64,000 nucleotides of DNA, from positions 3,536,001 through 3,600,000 of the forward strand of contig CM075998.1 in NCBI GenBank assembly GCA_038087875.1, given 5' to 3'. Under the pieces are notes generated by a model. The model saw nothing but the letters and a program-made list of their open reading frames with translations, was not told where the DNA came from and did not search any database. Shown one piece after another: positions 1 through 12,124 of this stretch; position 1 is the stretch's first letter; every line of letters starts with the position of its first letter. The position numbers and the translations under genes were made by a program. Origin of the DNA: Malacoraja senta (taxonomy: Eukaryota).

Positions 1-113
1 GCGTTAAAAGTAACAAATCTAACTTTTTTTCAAATTTCCCTTTGTAACCCTACATTAACCTCAAAAAATAATATCCAAACCTCAAATCTTTTGCTGGGTA
101 GCAGTATTAGCTG

Positions 114-484
114 TATAAGATTGTTAAGGGCTTGGACGCGCTAGAGGCAGGAAACATGTTCCCGATGATGGGGGAGTCCAGAACCAGGGGCCACACAGTT
201 TAAGAATAAGGAGTAAGCCATTTAGAACGGAGATGAGGAAACACTTTTCTCACAGAGAGTGGTGAGTCTGTGGAATTCTCTGCCTGGTGGAGGCAGGTTC
301 TCTGGATGCTTTCAAGAGAGAGCTAGATAGGGCTCTTAAAAATAGCGGAGTCAGGGGATATGGGGAGAAGACAGGAACGGGGTACTGATTGGGGATGATC
401 AGCCATGATCACATTGAATGGTGGTGCTGGCTTGAAGGGCCAAATGGCCCACTCCTGCACCTATTGTCTATTGTCTATTGTCTA
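114..484 (+). mobile_element. CR1/HER1-like LINE, 5'-truncated 3' end
   Basis: ORF2 C-terminus (YKIVKGLD..AGNMFP..GESRTRGH..LWNSLP), CR1 3'UTR, (ATTGTCT)n tail. Confidence 0.9.
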
Positions 485-733
485 TATTTACAATAATTTA
501 TGGTTTTGAAGTTGCTGTCATTTAGCAAGATGTTTTTAAAGTTTTTTTTAAAAGAGGACGTGAGTAAAAAGGTTACGTGGTTTGGTTTATCGTTTTTTGC
601 TGAGTGCCTTTGAGGATTTGATTCGTTAAAGGGGAATGATGAATATCTCCTGTGACTTTCTCCACAAATGTTTTAGTACAGCAGACTTTACGACAGCATG
701 GCAGAGACGAGAGATGGGCATTATGGCTGGGTG

Positions 734-1021
734 TGTGGCGTCAGCCTATACACGGGCCACTTATGGTCGAACCCTCGTCAGGAGGTACGAGGGCGGGCAC
801 GTGACGTCATGGGCTAGAGGGAGTGTCCTGGTACTTAAGGTTATCTCACCTCGAGACCTTAGTAGTCAACAGGTAGCTGAGCCCGAGAGGACAACCTCGC
901 TCAGCTACAGCAACAATGTTAATATAGTTTAGCGGACCAACCTAACGTGTCGAACCTGAATAAACAACTGTTTGAACCTGCTGACGTCTCACCTTTATTC
1001 ACCACGTTTGGTGCCGCTACA
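734..1021 (+). mobile_element. Solo LTR (288 bp), Gypsy-type 4-bp TSD
   Basis: TGTGGCG...CGCTACA ends; TSD GGTG at 730-733 and 1022-1025; AATAAA at 959-964; removal restores the MAGC-TIS frame of the host LINE. Confidence 0.85.
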
Positions 1022-1356
1022 GGTGTACCATTTCCTCATTAGCGTTTAGAGCGGCGAAGGAGCGAGTGATTAGAGCATCACGGTGGATCCTCAGCGGGGA
1101 GATATGGCAGGATGGGCCGCGCCTCCCTCCAATCAGGGCCTATATGGATGACGTGACCTTGGTGACCACAACAGTAGCTTGCACAAGAAGCTTGTTCGAG
1201 AAGTTAAATGATAATCTTAAACGGGCTAGATTGAAGATTAAGCCTAGTAAATCACAGAGTATTTATTTGGCAAGAGGAAAGGTAGTAGAGAAAAGGTTCT
1301 GTGTGGATGAAGAAGAAATCCCGTCCATAATGGAGAAACCAGTTAAAAGTTTGGGT

Positions 1357-1541
1357 GTTTAAGAAGGAACTGCAGATGCTGGAAAATCGAAGGTAGACAA
1401 AAGTGCTGGAGAAACTCAGCGGGTGCAGCAGCATCTATGGAGCAAAGGAAATAGGCAACGTTCGGGCCGAAACGTTGCCTATTTCCTTCGCTCCATAGAT
1501 GCTGCTGTACCCGCTGAGCTTCCCCAGCACTTTTGTCTACC
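1357..1541. mobile_element. Fold-back Penelope-derived short repeat with 14-bp TSD
   Basis: Two inverted arms centred near 1465; TSD TTAAAAGTTTGGGT (1343-1356) / TTAAAAATTTGGGT (1542-1555). Confidence 0.8.
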
Positions 1542-1717
1542 TTAAAAATTTGGGTAGGTGGTTTAACAGGAAGTTGGATGACCCCTGAACAGGTTCAGCA
1601 ACTTAGAAAGGATATTACTGATGGGTTTGAAATGATAGAGAAGTCAGGGCTTCCAGGCAAGTTTGCAGTTTGGGCTATTCCCCAGGTTAATGTTTGCAGT
1701 TTGGGCTATTCCCCAGG

Positions 1718-2460
1718 TGGCAAAAACAGGAAAGTAGACTATTATCTGAATGGTGGCCGATTAGAAAAAGGGGAGATGCAACGAGACCTGGGTGTCATGG
1801 TACACCAGTCATTGAAAGTAGGCATGCAGGTGCAGCAGGCAGTGAAGAAAGCGAATGGTATGTCAGCATTCATAGCAAAAGGATTTGAGTATAGGAGCAG
1901 GGAGGTTCTACTGCAGTTGTACAAGGTCTTGGTGAGACCACACCTGGAGTATTGCATACAGTTTTGGTCTCCTAATCTGAGGAAAGACATTCTTGCTATA
2001 GAGGGAGTACAGAGCAGGTTCACCAGACTGATTCCTGGGATGTCAGAACTTTCATATGAAGAAAGACTGATAGTCTCGGCTTGTACTCGCTAGAATTTAG
2101 AAGATTGAGGGGGGATCTTATAGAAACGTACAAAATTCTTAAGGGGTTGGACAGGCTAGATGCAGGAAGATTGTTCCCGATGTTGGGGAAGTCCAGAACA
2201 AGGGGTCACAGTTTAAGGATAAGGGGGAAGTCTTTTAGGACCGAGATGAGAAAAAAATTTTTCACACAGAGAGTGGTGAATCTGAGGAATTCTCTGCCAC
2301 AGAAGGTAGTTGAGGCCAGTTCATTGGCTATATTTAAGAGGGAGTTAGATGTGGCCCTTGTGGCTAAGGGGATCAGGGGGTATGGAGAGAAGGCAGGTAC
2401 AGGATACTGAGTTGGATGATCAGCCATGATCATATTGAATGGCGGTGCAGGCTCGAAAGT
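1718..2460 (+). mobile_element. CR1 LINE 3' fragment
   Basis: QRDLGV..KKANGM..LYKVLVRPHLEYCIQFWSP..RTRGHSL..NSLP plus 3'UTR. Confidence 0.92.
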
Positions 2461-3169
2461 CCTGCCATCCCAGGAATCAGTCTACAGTTTTGTTTATTTT
2501 TAAGAGTATTAATATGAAGGTAGCTTTTTTTTTTCGCATATGGAGTCATTTATTGTAAGTTGGTGTATTTAGTTGGATAATACTTTGGTTTTGGGCTTGG
2601 TTTTCTTATTTGAATGCTTATCCTGGAGTTATAGCACAAGTACTTTGTGTTTTAATTGTAAATTACCAACATAAATTTAATTCAGAAAAACAATATACAA
2701 AAAGAAACAACAGAGCAAAGCTTTTAATGCATTCTTAGCATCAGTCTATACATTCAGTGTAAAGACCAACTGATTTTATCCAGAAGATAGACACAAAAAG
2801 CTGGAGTTACTCAGCGGGAAAGGCAGCATCATTGGAGAGAAGGAATGGGTGACGTTCGGGTCAAGACCGGCAGTGTTAACACTGAGAAGATTTACGAGGA
2901 TGTTGCCACAACTCGTGAGGGCCTGAGCTACAGGAGAGGTTGAGCAGGCTGGGACTCTATTCCTTGGAGCGCAGGAGGATGAGGGGTGATCTTATAGAGG
3001 AGTACAAAATCATGTGAGGAATAGATCTGATCGCTGCACAGTCGCTTGTCCAGAGTAGGGTACTTGGGTACATGTGACAAAAAAGTATCATTGAATGTAG
3101 AATCATTGAACTCTCTTGTTGGAGATGGTCATTGATTTTTGTAAGAGAAAGAATTTCATTATGTGTTAG

Positions 3170-3535
3170 TACACTGCAAGGGCCAGGAAGCGAGCGGACA
3201 AGATCATCTCTGACCCCTCTCACCCTGGCCACAAACTCTTTGAATCACTTCCCTCTGGAAGGCGACTCTGGACTGTCAAAGCTGCCACAGCCAGACATAA
3301 AAACAGTTTTTATCCACGAGTAATTGCTCTACTCAACAGCCAAAAATTTGTAGCCTCCCTTTGGTTCACATGCTTGATCAATGGTGTTTTATCATTATGT
3401 TTTATTATTATTAATGTTTAATGTTTCTGAGTCATTTGTAACTGTCACTGTATGTCATGTTCTCACTTGTGGGCGGAGCACCAAGGCAAATTCCTTGTAT
3501 GTGAATACTTGGCCAATAAACTTACGTACTTAGTA
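3170..3535 (+). mobile_element. Rex1/L2-group LINE 3' end (related copies at ~22385-22695 and ~42530-42792)
   Basis: HPGHKLFESLPSGRRL..K...RHKNSF motif, shared 3'UTR ending GGCCAATAAACTTA. Confidence 0.7.
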
Positions 3536-4812
3536 CTTGGCACATGTTACAATAAAAACACCATTGACCATTGGAGCAGCTGAAGATGGTTGGTCCCAGG
3601 ACACTACCCTGAGGAACTCCTGCAGTGAGGTCCTGGGGCTGGGATGACTGACCTCCATCCACCACCATCATGGGAATGACTTGATGGATTGTTTCATATT
3701 ATAAAGGGAGGGCACAGGATAGATAGAAGCAGCCATTTTCAGAGTTTGAGTAGACCGGTACAAGTTGGACGCTAGATTTAAACGTAAGAGATGTTAGACA
3801 GAGTGCAGGAGTTCACAACCACAGATGTGAGGTGTGGTTGCACTGCCAGAGTTAGTGAATGGAGTAAAGGCCACATCAACATTGAAGCACAAGTTAAGTC
3901 AAGCCAAGATGAGCTTATTGTTATATGCACAAGTACGGTGAGATGCAGGTACAATGAAAATCTTGCTTGTAGCAGCGTTACAGAATTCTTGCTGTGTACA
4001 AAATGGCAGATGCATTTGGCTTGATTAAAACAAGCCCTTTTTTCAAGTACACTAGGGACAATTTATAATTTTACGGAAGTCAATTAACCTACAAACCTGT
4101 ACGTCGAGACCCAAAACGTCACCTATTACTTTCTCCAGAGATGCTGTCTGACCTGCTGAGTTACTCCAGCTTTTTTTTGTCTAGCTTTGGTTTAAACCAG
4201 CATCTGCAGTTCCTTCCTACACATTTTTAATTTGACATCACGTTTAGCACAGGTTTCGTGGGCTGAAGGGCCCATTGCTGTACTGTTCTATGTTATCAGA
4301 TGGAAGGTGTCCTTTGTGAATTTCCCGCTGTTTCCTTTAATTTGCTCAGCAACAAGCTTCCAATAAACATTACCCAGAATCCTCAAAGACTTTGAAAGTG
4401 CACAATGGCCACCATTGTTTCTTCCGTTTGGAGTGTGTGAATGGCACTGATCTTGACCCTCGCGGGTCACACAATGCCACCTGATGGGTTTTCTCACAAC
4501 ATGGTGATCGGAGATCCCCAGTTGACACCACTCCAGGCATCTGTTTGAAGTAAATATTTTACAAGGCCAGATCATCTTTAAATGGGGTCACTGTGCTCTT
4601 CCAAGTAGCCTGTAACACGAGCATGTTGTTTAGAATACAAGGCAATAAAATCATTCCTGAAGACTCGCTCTCGGAAGTATAGTTTACAGACCTTGAGTAA
4701 AGAGTGGAAAGCATTTATAGACTAGTAGAGTTGTACAGCACAGAACAGGCCCTCAGGCCCACTCCTTCCATACTGACTTTTTTGCCCATCTGCAATAATC
4801 CCATTTGCCTGC

Positions 4813-5152
4813 ATAGACAATAGACAATAGACAATAGGTGCAGGAGTATAGGCCATTCGGCCCTTCGAGCCAGCACCGCCATTCAATGTGATCATGGCTG
4901 ATCATCCCCAATCAGTACCCCGTTCCTGCCTTCTCCCCATATCCCCTGACTCCGCTATTGTTAAGAGCCCTATCTAGCACTCTCTTGAAAGCATCCAGAG
5001 AACCTGCCTCCACCGCCCTCTGAGGCAGAGAATTCCACAGACTCACCACTCTCTGTGAGAAAAAGTGTTTTCCTCGTCTCCGTTCTAAATGGCTTACTCC
5101 TTATTCTTAAACTATGGCCCCTGGTTCTGGACTCCCCCAACATCGGGAACAT
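4813..5152 (-). mobile_element. CR1 LINE 3' end
   Basis: Reverse complement of the CR1 ORF2 end, 3'UTR and ATTGTCT tail. Confidence 0.9.
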
Positions 5153-5955
5153 AAGACTGTATCCTTCTATGCCTTGGACAGACACAAAAACCCTGGATTG
5201 ACTCAGCGGGTCAGGCGGCATCTCTTACAAACGCACATGATTCTTCCAGGTTAGATGTGGAGAGGATGTTTCCTCTGGCTGAGACGTCTGGAACCAGAGT
5301 AAGGGGTTGACCGGTGAGGAGTGTTCAAAGATTATAAAAAGACATTTGGACAGGTTCATAGATTGGACAGCCTTAGAGAAGTATGGGCCAAATGCAGGCA
5401 AATGAGACTAGTGTAGATGGGGCATCTTGACCGGCATGGATAAATGGGCCAAGGGGCCTATTTCCATGCTGTGTGACTCTATGAATCTATGACTGGGATG
5501 AAGAAACATTTCTGCAGTCAGAGAGCGGTAGAATTCTCACCCCCCCCCCCCCCCCCCGGACCCTTGGAGCTCCAGTCATTGGGTTTATTCAGAGAGAGAT
5601 AAAATAAATAAATATGGAGGCAGTGCAGGAACGTCGAGCTGAGGCAGAAGTTCAGCCACACAGCTCCAGCAACCCAGGCAACCCTCTAGCGCTGTCTGTG
5701 TGGAGTTTGCATGTGACCAGGTAGGTTTCCCCCGGGTGCTCCAGTTTCCTCCCACATCCTGAAGAGGTTAAGTGACCGCTGCAAATGACCCCCCAAGCGT
5801 GTGAGTGAGGGGTAGAATCGTGGGAGTTGATGAGAATTTACAGAGAGTTGATTACAGGAAGTGAATTGGCCTGTAAGCCAGCATTGACTGGATGGGCTGA
5901 AATGGCCTCCTATATCATGAGGACATATCGACTAGCATGAAGGGTGGGAGCTGGT

Positions 5956-6245
5956 CAGTTAGTTTAGTTTAGCGATACAGCGTGGAAACAGGCCCCTCGG
6001 CCTACCGGGTCCGCACCGACCAGCAATCCCCCATGCACTAGTTCGATCCTACTTACTAGGGACAATTTACAGAAGCCTACAAACCTGCACATCTGTGGAA
6101 TGTAGGAGGAAACCGGAGCACGAGGAGAAAACCCGCGCAGTCACGGGGAGAACGTGCAAACTCCGTACAGACAGCACCCGTAGTCAGGATTGAACCCGGG
6201 TCTCTGGAGCTGGAAGGTAAAACTCTACCGTTGCGCCACAGTGCC
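5956..6245 (-). mobile_element. HE1-like tRNA SINE
   Basis: Same body as 31789-32104, (AAACT)n tail. Confidence 0.85.
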
Positions 6246-6534
6246 TTTAGATAACTATATAATCATATAACAATTACAGCACGGAAACAAGCCATCTTGG
6301 CCCTTCTAGTCCGTGCCGAACACTTACTCTCCCCTAGTCCCATCTACCTGCACTCAGACCATAACCCTCCATTCCTTTCCCGTCCATATACCTATCCAAT
6401 TTATTTTTAAATGATAAAATCGAACCTGCCTCCACCACTTCCACTAGAAGCTCATTCCACACAGCTACTACTCTCTGAGTAAAGAAGTTCCCCCTCATGT
6501 TACCCCTGAACTTTTGTCCCTTAATTCTAAAATC

Positions 6535-7510
6535 AAGTTAAGTCAAGTCAAGTGAGTTTATTGGTAGGTACACAAAAAAAAAAAAAAAATGCTGGAGAGA
6601 AACTCAGCGGGTGCAGCAGCATCTATGGAGCGAAGGAAATAGGTAACGTTTCGGGCCGAAACCCTTCTTCAGACTGATAGGGGGTGGGGAGAAGAAAGGA
6701 AAAAAGGAAAAGGAGGAGGAGGAGCCCGAGGGCTGGGGGAGGGGAGGAGACAACCAGATGGCTGATGAAGGGGAGGGGACAGCCAGGGCTAGCAGAATTG
6801 GGAGAATTCAACGTTCAGGCCACCAGGATGTAGACTGCCCAAGCGGAATATGAGGTGCATTTCCTCCAATTTACGGTGTTGCTCGCTGTGGCCATGGAGG
6901 AGACCCAGGACAGAGAGGTCAGATACGGAATGGGAGGGGAGTTGAAGTGCTGAGCCACCGGGAGTTCAGGTTGGTTATTGCGGACCGACCGGAGGTGTTC
7001 GGCGAAACGATCGCCAAGCCTCCGCTTGGTCTCACCGATGTAGATCAGCTGGCATCTAGAGCAGCGAATGCAATAGATGAGGTTGGAGGAGATGCAGGTG
7101 AACCTCTGTCGCACCTGGAACGACTGCTTGGGTCCTGGAATGGAGTGGAGGGGGGAAGTGAAGGGAGTTTATTGTCATGTGTCCCTGGTAGGACAATGAA
7201 ATTCTTGCTTTGCTTGAGCACAACAGAACATAGTAGGCATTTACTACAAGGCATTCTATAAATATATACACAATGGTCAATATACTGATAAAGTGCAAAT
7301 AACAGTATTGGCTAGTAAAGTTCAGTGTTTTGTCCGAGCCAGGTTTAATAGCCTGATGGCTGTGGGGAAGTAGCTGTTCCTGAACCTGGTCGTTGCAGTC
7401 TTCAGGCTCCTGTACCTTCTACCTGAAGGTAGTAGGAGAGATGAGTGTGTGGCCAGGATGGTGTGGGTCCTTGATGATGCTGCCAGCCTTTTTGAGGCAG
7501 CGACTGTGGT
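6535..7510 (-). mobile_element. Rex1/Babar LINE 3' end, split by a Penelope insertion
   Basis: Nearly identical to 47200-47559 in reverse; its (CTTGA)n tail is left stranded at 6535-6553. Confidence 0.85.
6564..7164 (-). mobile_element. Penelope-like element 3' fragment (GIY-YIG endonuclease plus hammerhead-bearing 3' region), 10-bp TSD
   Basis: NLIYCIRCSRCQLIYIGETKRRLGDRFAEH; TSD GAGTTTATTG at 6554-6563 and 7165-7174. Confidence 0.9.
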
Positions 7511-7689
7511 AGATCAAGTTTACTACTTGTCCGATCCCTTATTTTCTCATGTTTAAGGGGGAAATTCTGCAGTACACACTTGGCCACTAGTGGTGGGGCG
7601 AGTAACTCTGGAGTTGAGCAGGTTGCCTGTATGAAGGAGGGCTGCAATCTGGAACGGTGGCTGGGAATGGGGAAGTGGGCAGAAGTTAA

Positions 7690-8009
7690 TGTGTAGGAAG
7701 GAACTGCAGATGCTGGTTTAAACCGAAGATAGACACAAAAAGCTGGAGTAACTCAGCGGGACAGGCAGCGTCTCTGGAGAGAAGGAAAGGGTGATGTTTC
7801 GGGTCGAGACTTCAGACTAGTTAGGACAGACAAAGAACAATGACTGCACCATTCGTTGTTCTTTATCTCTCTACATCATCGTCTATATCTCTCGTTTCCC
7901 TTTTCCCTAACTAGTCCGAAGATGGGTCTCGACCCGAAACGTCACCCGTTCCTTCCCTCCAGAGATGCTGCCTGTCCCGCTGAGTTACTCCAGCTCTTTG
8001 TGTCCATCT
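7690..8009. mobile_element. Fold-back Penelope-derived composite, copy 1
   Basis: Inverted arms; same internal junction as 44085-44442; TSD GGGCAG(A/G)AGTT at 7677-7687 and 8011-8021. Confidence 0.8.
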
Positions 8010-9721
8010 AGGGCAGGAGTTGCTGGAGCAACAAAAGGAGAGAAGTTGAAAGAGCAAAGTGGGTGCAATAAATTGCAGGGAAAGTAAATAACGAAACAAA
8101 GACTCGTGGAGCCCAGGGGGAGAGGTGTCAGATCCGGTCTCAAACTGGTGAGCAAACAAGGAGAGAACGAGCCTTAAAGAATTAAAAGCTTTAATGCACC
8201 TGATCTGAACATCTTGCTAATGATCTTGTCGATTATTTCCTGTTTCCCTCCGAGCTGAATCCCCAGCAGGGCTCTTTGAAGTGCGGAAAAAAAACAACAG
8301 CTCCACTTTGATGTAAACAAAAGCTGGTTGAGCTTCTGCCTGCCATTAGAATATCAGCATCACACTAAGGGCCAGGCCTGGGTCCCTGTCACAAGAGAAC
8401 AGGTGCAGCCCGCAGTTAACAATCTGCAATCCAGCTCCAATTTATTCTGGGTCACAGTCGTCACAATCGTGGAGTTGTTCACGTGACCGCCTGATGCCTC
8501 CAAAATTAGAGCATGTCAGAAAATTGCATTAACACAGACAGCTTTAGCATCTCTACTCAAAGCCCCATGTTCCATCTTCAAGCCTAGAAGCTTGCAAATG
8601 TATCTCAGCCTGAATGCATAATGCAAGCATTGAATGATATATAGGCACAACATGCACTGTAAGTGGTGCGAGCCACATTGTCGCGCCATTTAACTGAAAT
8701 GAGCTTTGTCAAAGGATTCGAACAGCACAAGCTGGATTCCATGTGCTATAACTTTCACAAACGTTATAGACAAAGGTACCGTGCACACACATGCTTGTTC
8801 TCCCTCTCTCTCACTCTTAGACCACGCCAACAAGGACAGGCATATTCAGACACAGGAGGAATAGAGTCAAGAGTCAAAAGTGTTTTATTGTCATATGTCC
8901 CGGATGGGACAATGAAATTCTTACTTGCTGAAGGACAACAGAATATGTGAATATGTAAACATAGTACATAACGGGGGAAGAGAAAAAAAGATCAATAAAT
9001 AACAAATATAGTGCAGTAATGTGTTTAAGAAGGAACTGCAGATGCTGGGATACAAAAAAATGCTGGAGAAACTCAGCGGGTGCAGCAGCATCTATGGAGT
9101 GAAGGAGATGGGCAACGTTTCGGGCCGAAACCCTTCTTCAGTGCAGTAATAATAGTCTTTTGCAGTTCAGAGCTCAGAGCTTATTTGTTGTTGTGTTTAT
9201 TAGCCTGATGGCTGTAGGGAAGTAGCTGTTCCTGAACCTGGACCTTCAGGTAGATGCACAGAGTCTCTTGCCCAGAGTAGGGGAATCGAGAACCAGAGGA
9301 CGTAGGTTTAAGGTGAGGGAGGATAGATTTAATCTGAACCTGAGGGGTAATGTTTTATCACACAAAGGGTGGTGGGTGTATGGAACGAGCTGCCAGAAGA
9401 GGTAGTTGAGGCAGGGACTATTGCAATGTTTAAGAATCATTTAGACAGGTACGAACATGGATAGCACAGGTTTGGAGGGATATGGGCCAAGCGCAGGCAG
9501 GTGGGACTATGACTCTATGACATGTGGGCAGCGCAGTGGCGTAGCTGGTAGACCTCTACACTCTCAGACTTTTGCTCCAGTCCCCGGTCTTTGGAGCACT
9601 AGAGAACATCCCTTGGCCACGCCACGAAGAAGTCTACGCAAGAGACTTTCAATCACGTTGAACGTGTGAATTTACAGGCCTCCCACACCCACAATCATAC
9701 TCACACACACCATTCAACTAA

Positions 9722-10419
9722 AGGGCCTGTCCAACTTACGCGTCCTTGGCTCGCAAATTACGCGACCTCGTGGTCGCTTGAGGCGCACGGGCACCGTATG
9801 GCCGCGCGGGGCCGGTCCCACTTAGAAGCGCGGAGGGGTATGTAGTTGTGTGCGACATCGCGCGGGGCTCCGAAATTCCTGCAGTGGCCGAAATCATCGC
9901 GCGCCAACGGCCTGTCGCGGAACTGACGGCCAAAGTGGGACAGGCCCAGGACCCTGGCGCGACGCAACGTCTCACCTCCAACAGCAGCAGAAGCAGGCAA
10001 ACGATCGCTGAGCTCGGCCTGGGGCTCACGGCCGTTGCGGATCCGGATCCGCCCCCACTCCTACTCCCAGAGCGGGGTCCAAGAAAATTGAAGATAGACA
10101 CAAAATGCAGGAGTAACTCAGCGGGACCGGCAGCAACTCTGGAGAGAAGCAATGGGTGACGTTTTGGGTCAAGACCCTTCTTTTCAGACTGAAGAAGAGT
10201 CTCGAACCGAAACGTCACCCATTGCTTCTCTCCAGAGATGCTGCCGGTCCCGCTGAGTTACTCCAGCATTTTGTGTCCATCTTCAAATGACGTCACGCGC
10301 TCCAGATGGCTGTGCGTACGCATGGAACCGCGCCCGACCTTCGCGGGACCTTCGCGGCTCAACGCGACCATGAGGTCGCGTAATTTGCGTGCCAAGGACA
10401 CGTAGGTGGGACAGGCCCT
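9722..10419. mobile_element. PIF/Harbinger-like MITE (GC-rich type) containing a fold-back Penelope repeat at ~10088-10286
   Basis: TIR AGGGCCTGTCC...GGGACAGGCCCT, TAA/TTA flanks, long subterminal inverted repeats. Confidence 0.8.
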
Positions 10420-10860
10420 TTACACTCACAATCAGTCTCACACATACACATTCACTCATACTCTCACTATCTCACTCATACATAGACAGACAAACACAAT
10501 CTCACTCAGGCACACACACACACACACGGACGAGCACAGAGTTATCAAGCCCACAAATGTGACACCCGTGAAACCTAATGCTTTTTTAAAGTTATGTTGT
10601 GGTATCGTTAAAGATACTGTGAGACAACTTCTCACTATGTCCTTCTCAGTCAGTCCCTCGTGATCATGGATGACTTGCCTCCACTCCGGTTCTGTGCATT
10701 CTGGGTTACCGATGAGGCCAATGTGGGCCTCACGGACTCTCCCATAGAAGTGGGTAGTGGGTGAGCTTGTGTAGTGGGTGATGCCTCTTCCACCACTTCC
10801 ATTGGGTCTCTGTGCACTCCCGATCCACGAGCTTGAGGTTTTCAATCGCATCCCGAATGT

Positions 10861-11156
10861 TTAGTTTAGTTTAGAGATACAGCGCTGAAACAGGCCTATG
10901 GCCCACCAAGTGTGCATCGACCACACGAACACTATCCTACACACGCCAGGGACAATTTACATTTATACCAAGTAAATTAACCTACGAACCTGTACGTCTT
11001 TGGAGTGTGGGAGGAAACCGGAGCACCTGGAGAAAACCCACGCGGTCATGGGGAGAAAATACAAACGCTGTACAGGCAGCACCCGTAGTCGGGATCGAAC
11101 ACGGGTCTCTGGCGCTGTAAGGCAGGAACTCTACCGCTGCGCTACTGTGCCGCCCT
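10861..11156 (-). mobile_element. HE1-like tRNA SINE inserted in an older LINE fragment
   Basis: A/B boxes on the minus strand, (AAACT)n tail, short GAATGT duplication on both sides. Confidence 0.85.
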
Positions 11157-11700
11157 GAATGTGCCTTCTCCACTTGGAGTGGTCGTGGGTCAGAGATATC
11201 CGGTAGTCAGTGGGGATATTGCATTTGTTCAAAGGGGCTTTGAGCGCATCCTTGAATCTTTACCCCCTGTCCACTTGGTAATCTCTTCCTGTGACAGAAC
11301 ATGGAATAGAGTGGGCTGTCATGATGAAGCATCTTCGGCCAACACTCCCCAAACGTTACTACATCTTGCACACTTCTGACTGTTCATACAATGTAACCTC
11401 CCTGCTCCTACATAAATGGTGTATAGGAGCAGGGAGGTGAAGTTGTATGCACAGTCAGAATTATAGACAACGTTAATAATTAGAGGCAACGTTAATATGT
11501 AACCAATAAAGGAGGACCCCAGCTACTTTGGTAACTGGGTACCCGGAACCCTGGATACTTAATATGTAATCGTTATACAAAGTTTGTATTGGGTTGGACT
11601 ATGATATGCAGATACCTCTAATAAAAAATAAAATAATAATAACAAAATTTAAAAAAAAGAAGTGTGCAAGTGTTCATAAACGAAGCCCAGGATACCATAA

Positions 11701-11919
11701 AGGGCCTGTCCCACTTAGGCGACTCTTTAGGCGACTGCCAGGGAGTCGTTTTAATGGAATTCACCTACGACACCTGGCGACAACCTACGACACCACATAA
11801 GACAACCTACGACAGCAAAAATTGTCGCCACTGTCGCCGAAGATGTTTCAACATGTTGAAAATTTTGCGGCAGTCGCCTGTAGTCGGCCCAAAAAAATCG
11901 CCTAAGTGGGACAGGCCCT
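11701..11919. mobile_element. PIF/Harbinger-like MITE
   Basis: TIR AGGGCCTGTCCCACTTAGGCGA / TCGCCTAAGTGGGACAGGCCCT, TAA TSD. Confidence 0.85.
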
Positions 11920-12124
11920 TAAGTCTCATTTACCACACTCCCAACACTGCCCTGCCACTGGTCATGGAGTCAAAGAGTCCTACTGCACAGAAACAGGCCT
12001 TAAGGCCCACTTTGTGTACGCCGATCACGTTGGCATTCTGGGCTCATCCCATTTGCCTGCATTTGGCCCACAGACCTCTGAATCCTTTCCATCCACATAT
12101 CTATCCAAAGAACCTTTCCAACTC

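Larger units (their letters stand above)
668..1717 (+). mobile_element. HERO-like (R2-superfamily) non-LTR RT fragment, interrupted by two insertions
   Basis: Joined translation FTTAWQRREMGIMAGC|TISSLAF...LPPIRAYMDDVT...KPSKS...EKPVKSLG|RWF...IEKSGLPGKF, with a YMDD RT motif; clade assigned from recalled motif similarity. Confidence 0.7.
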
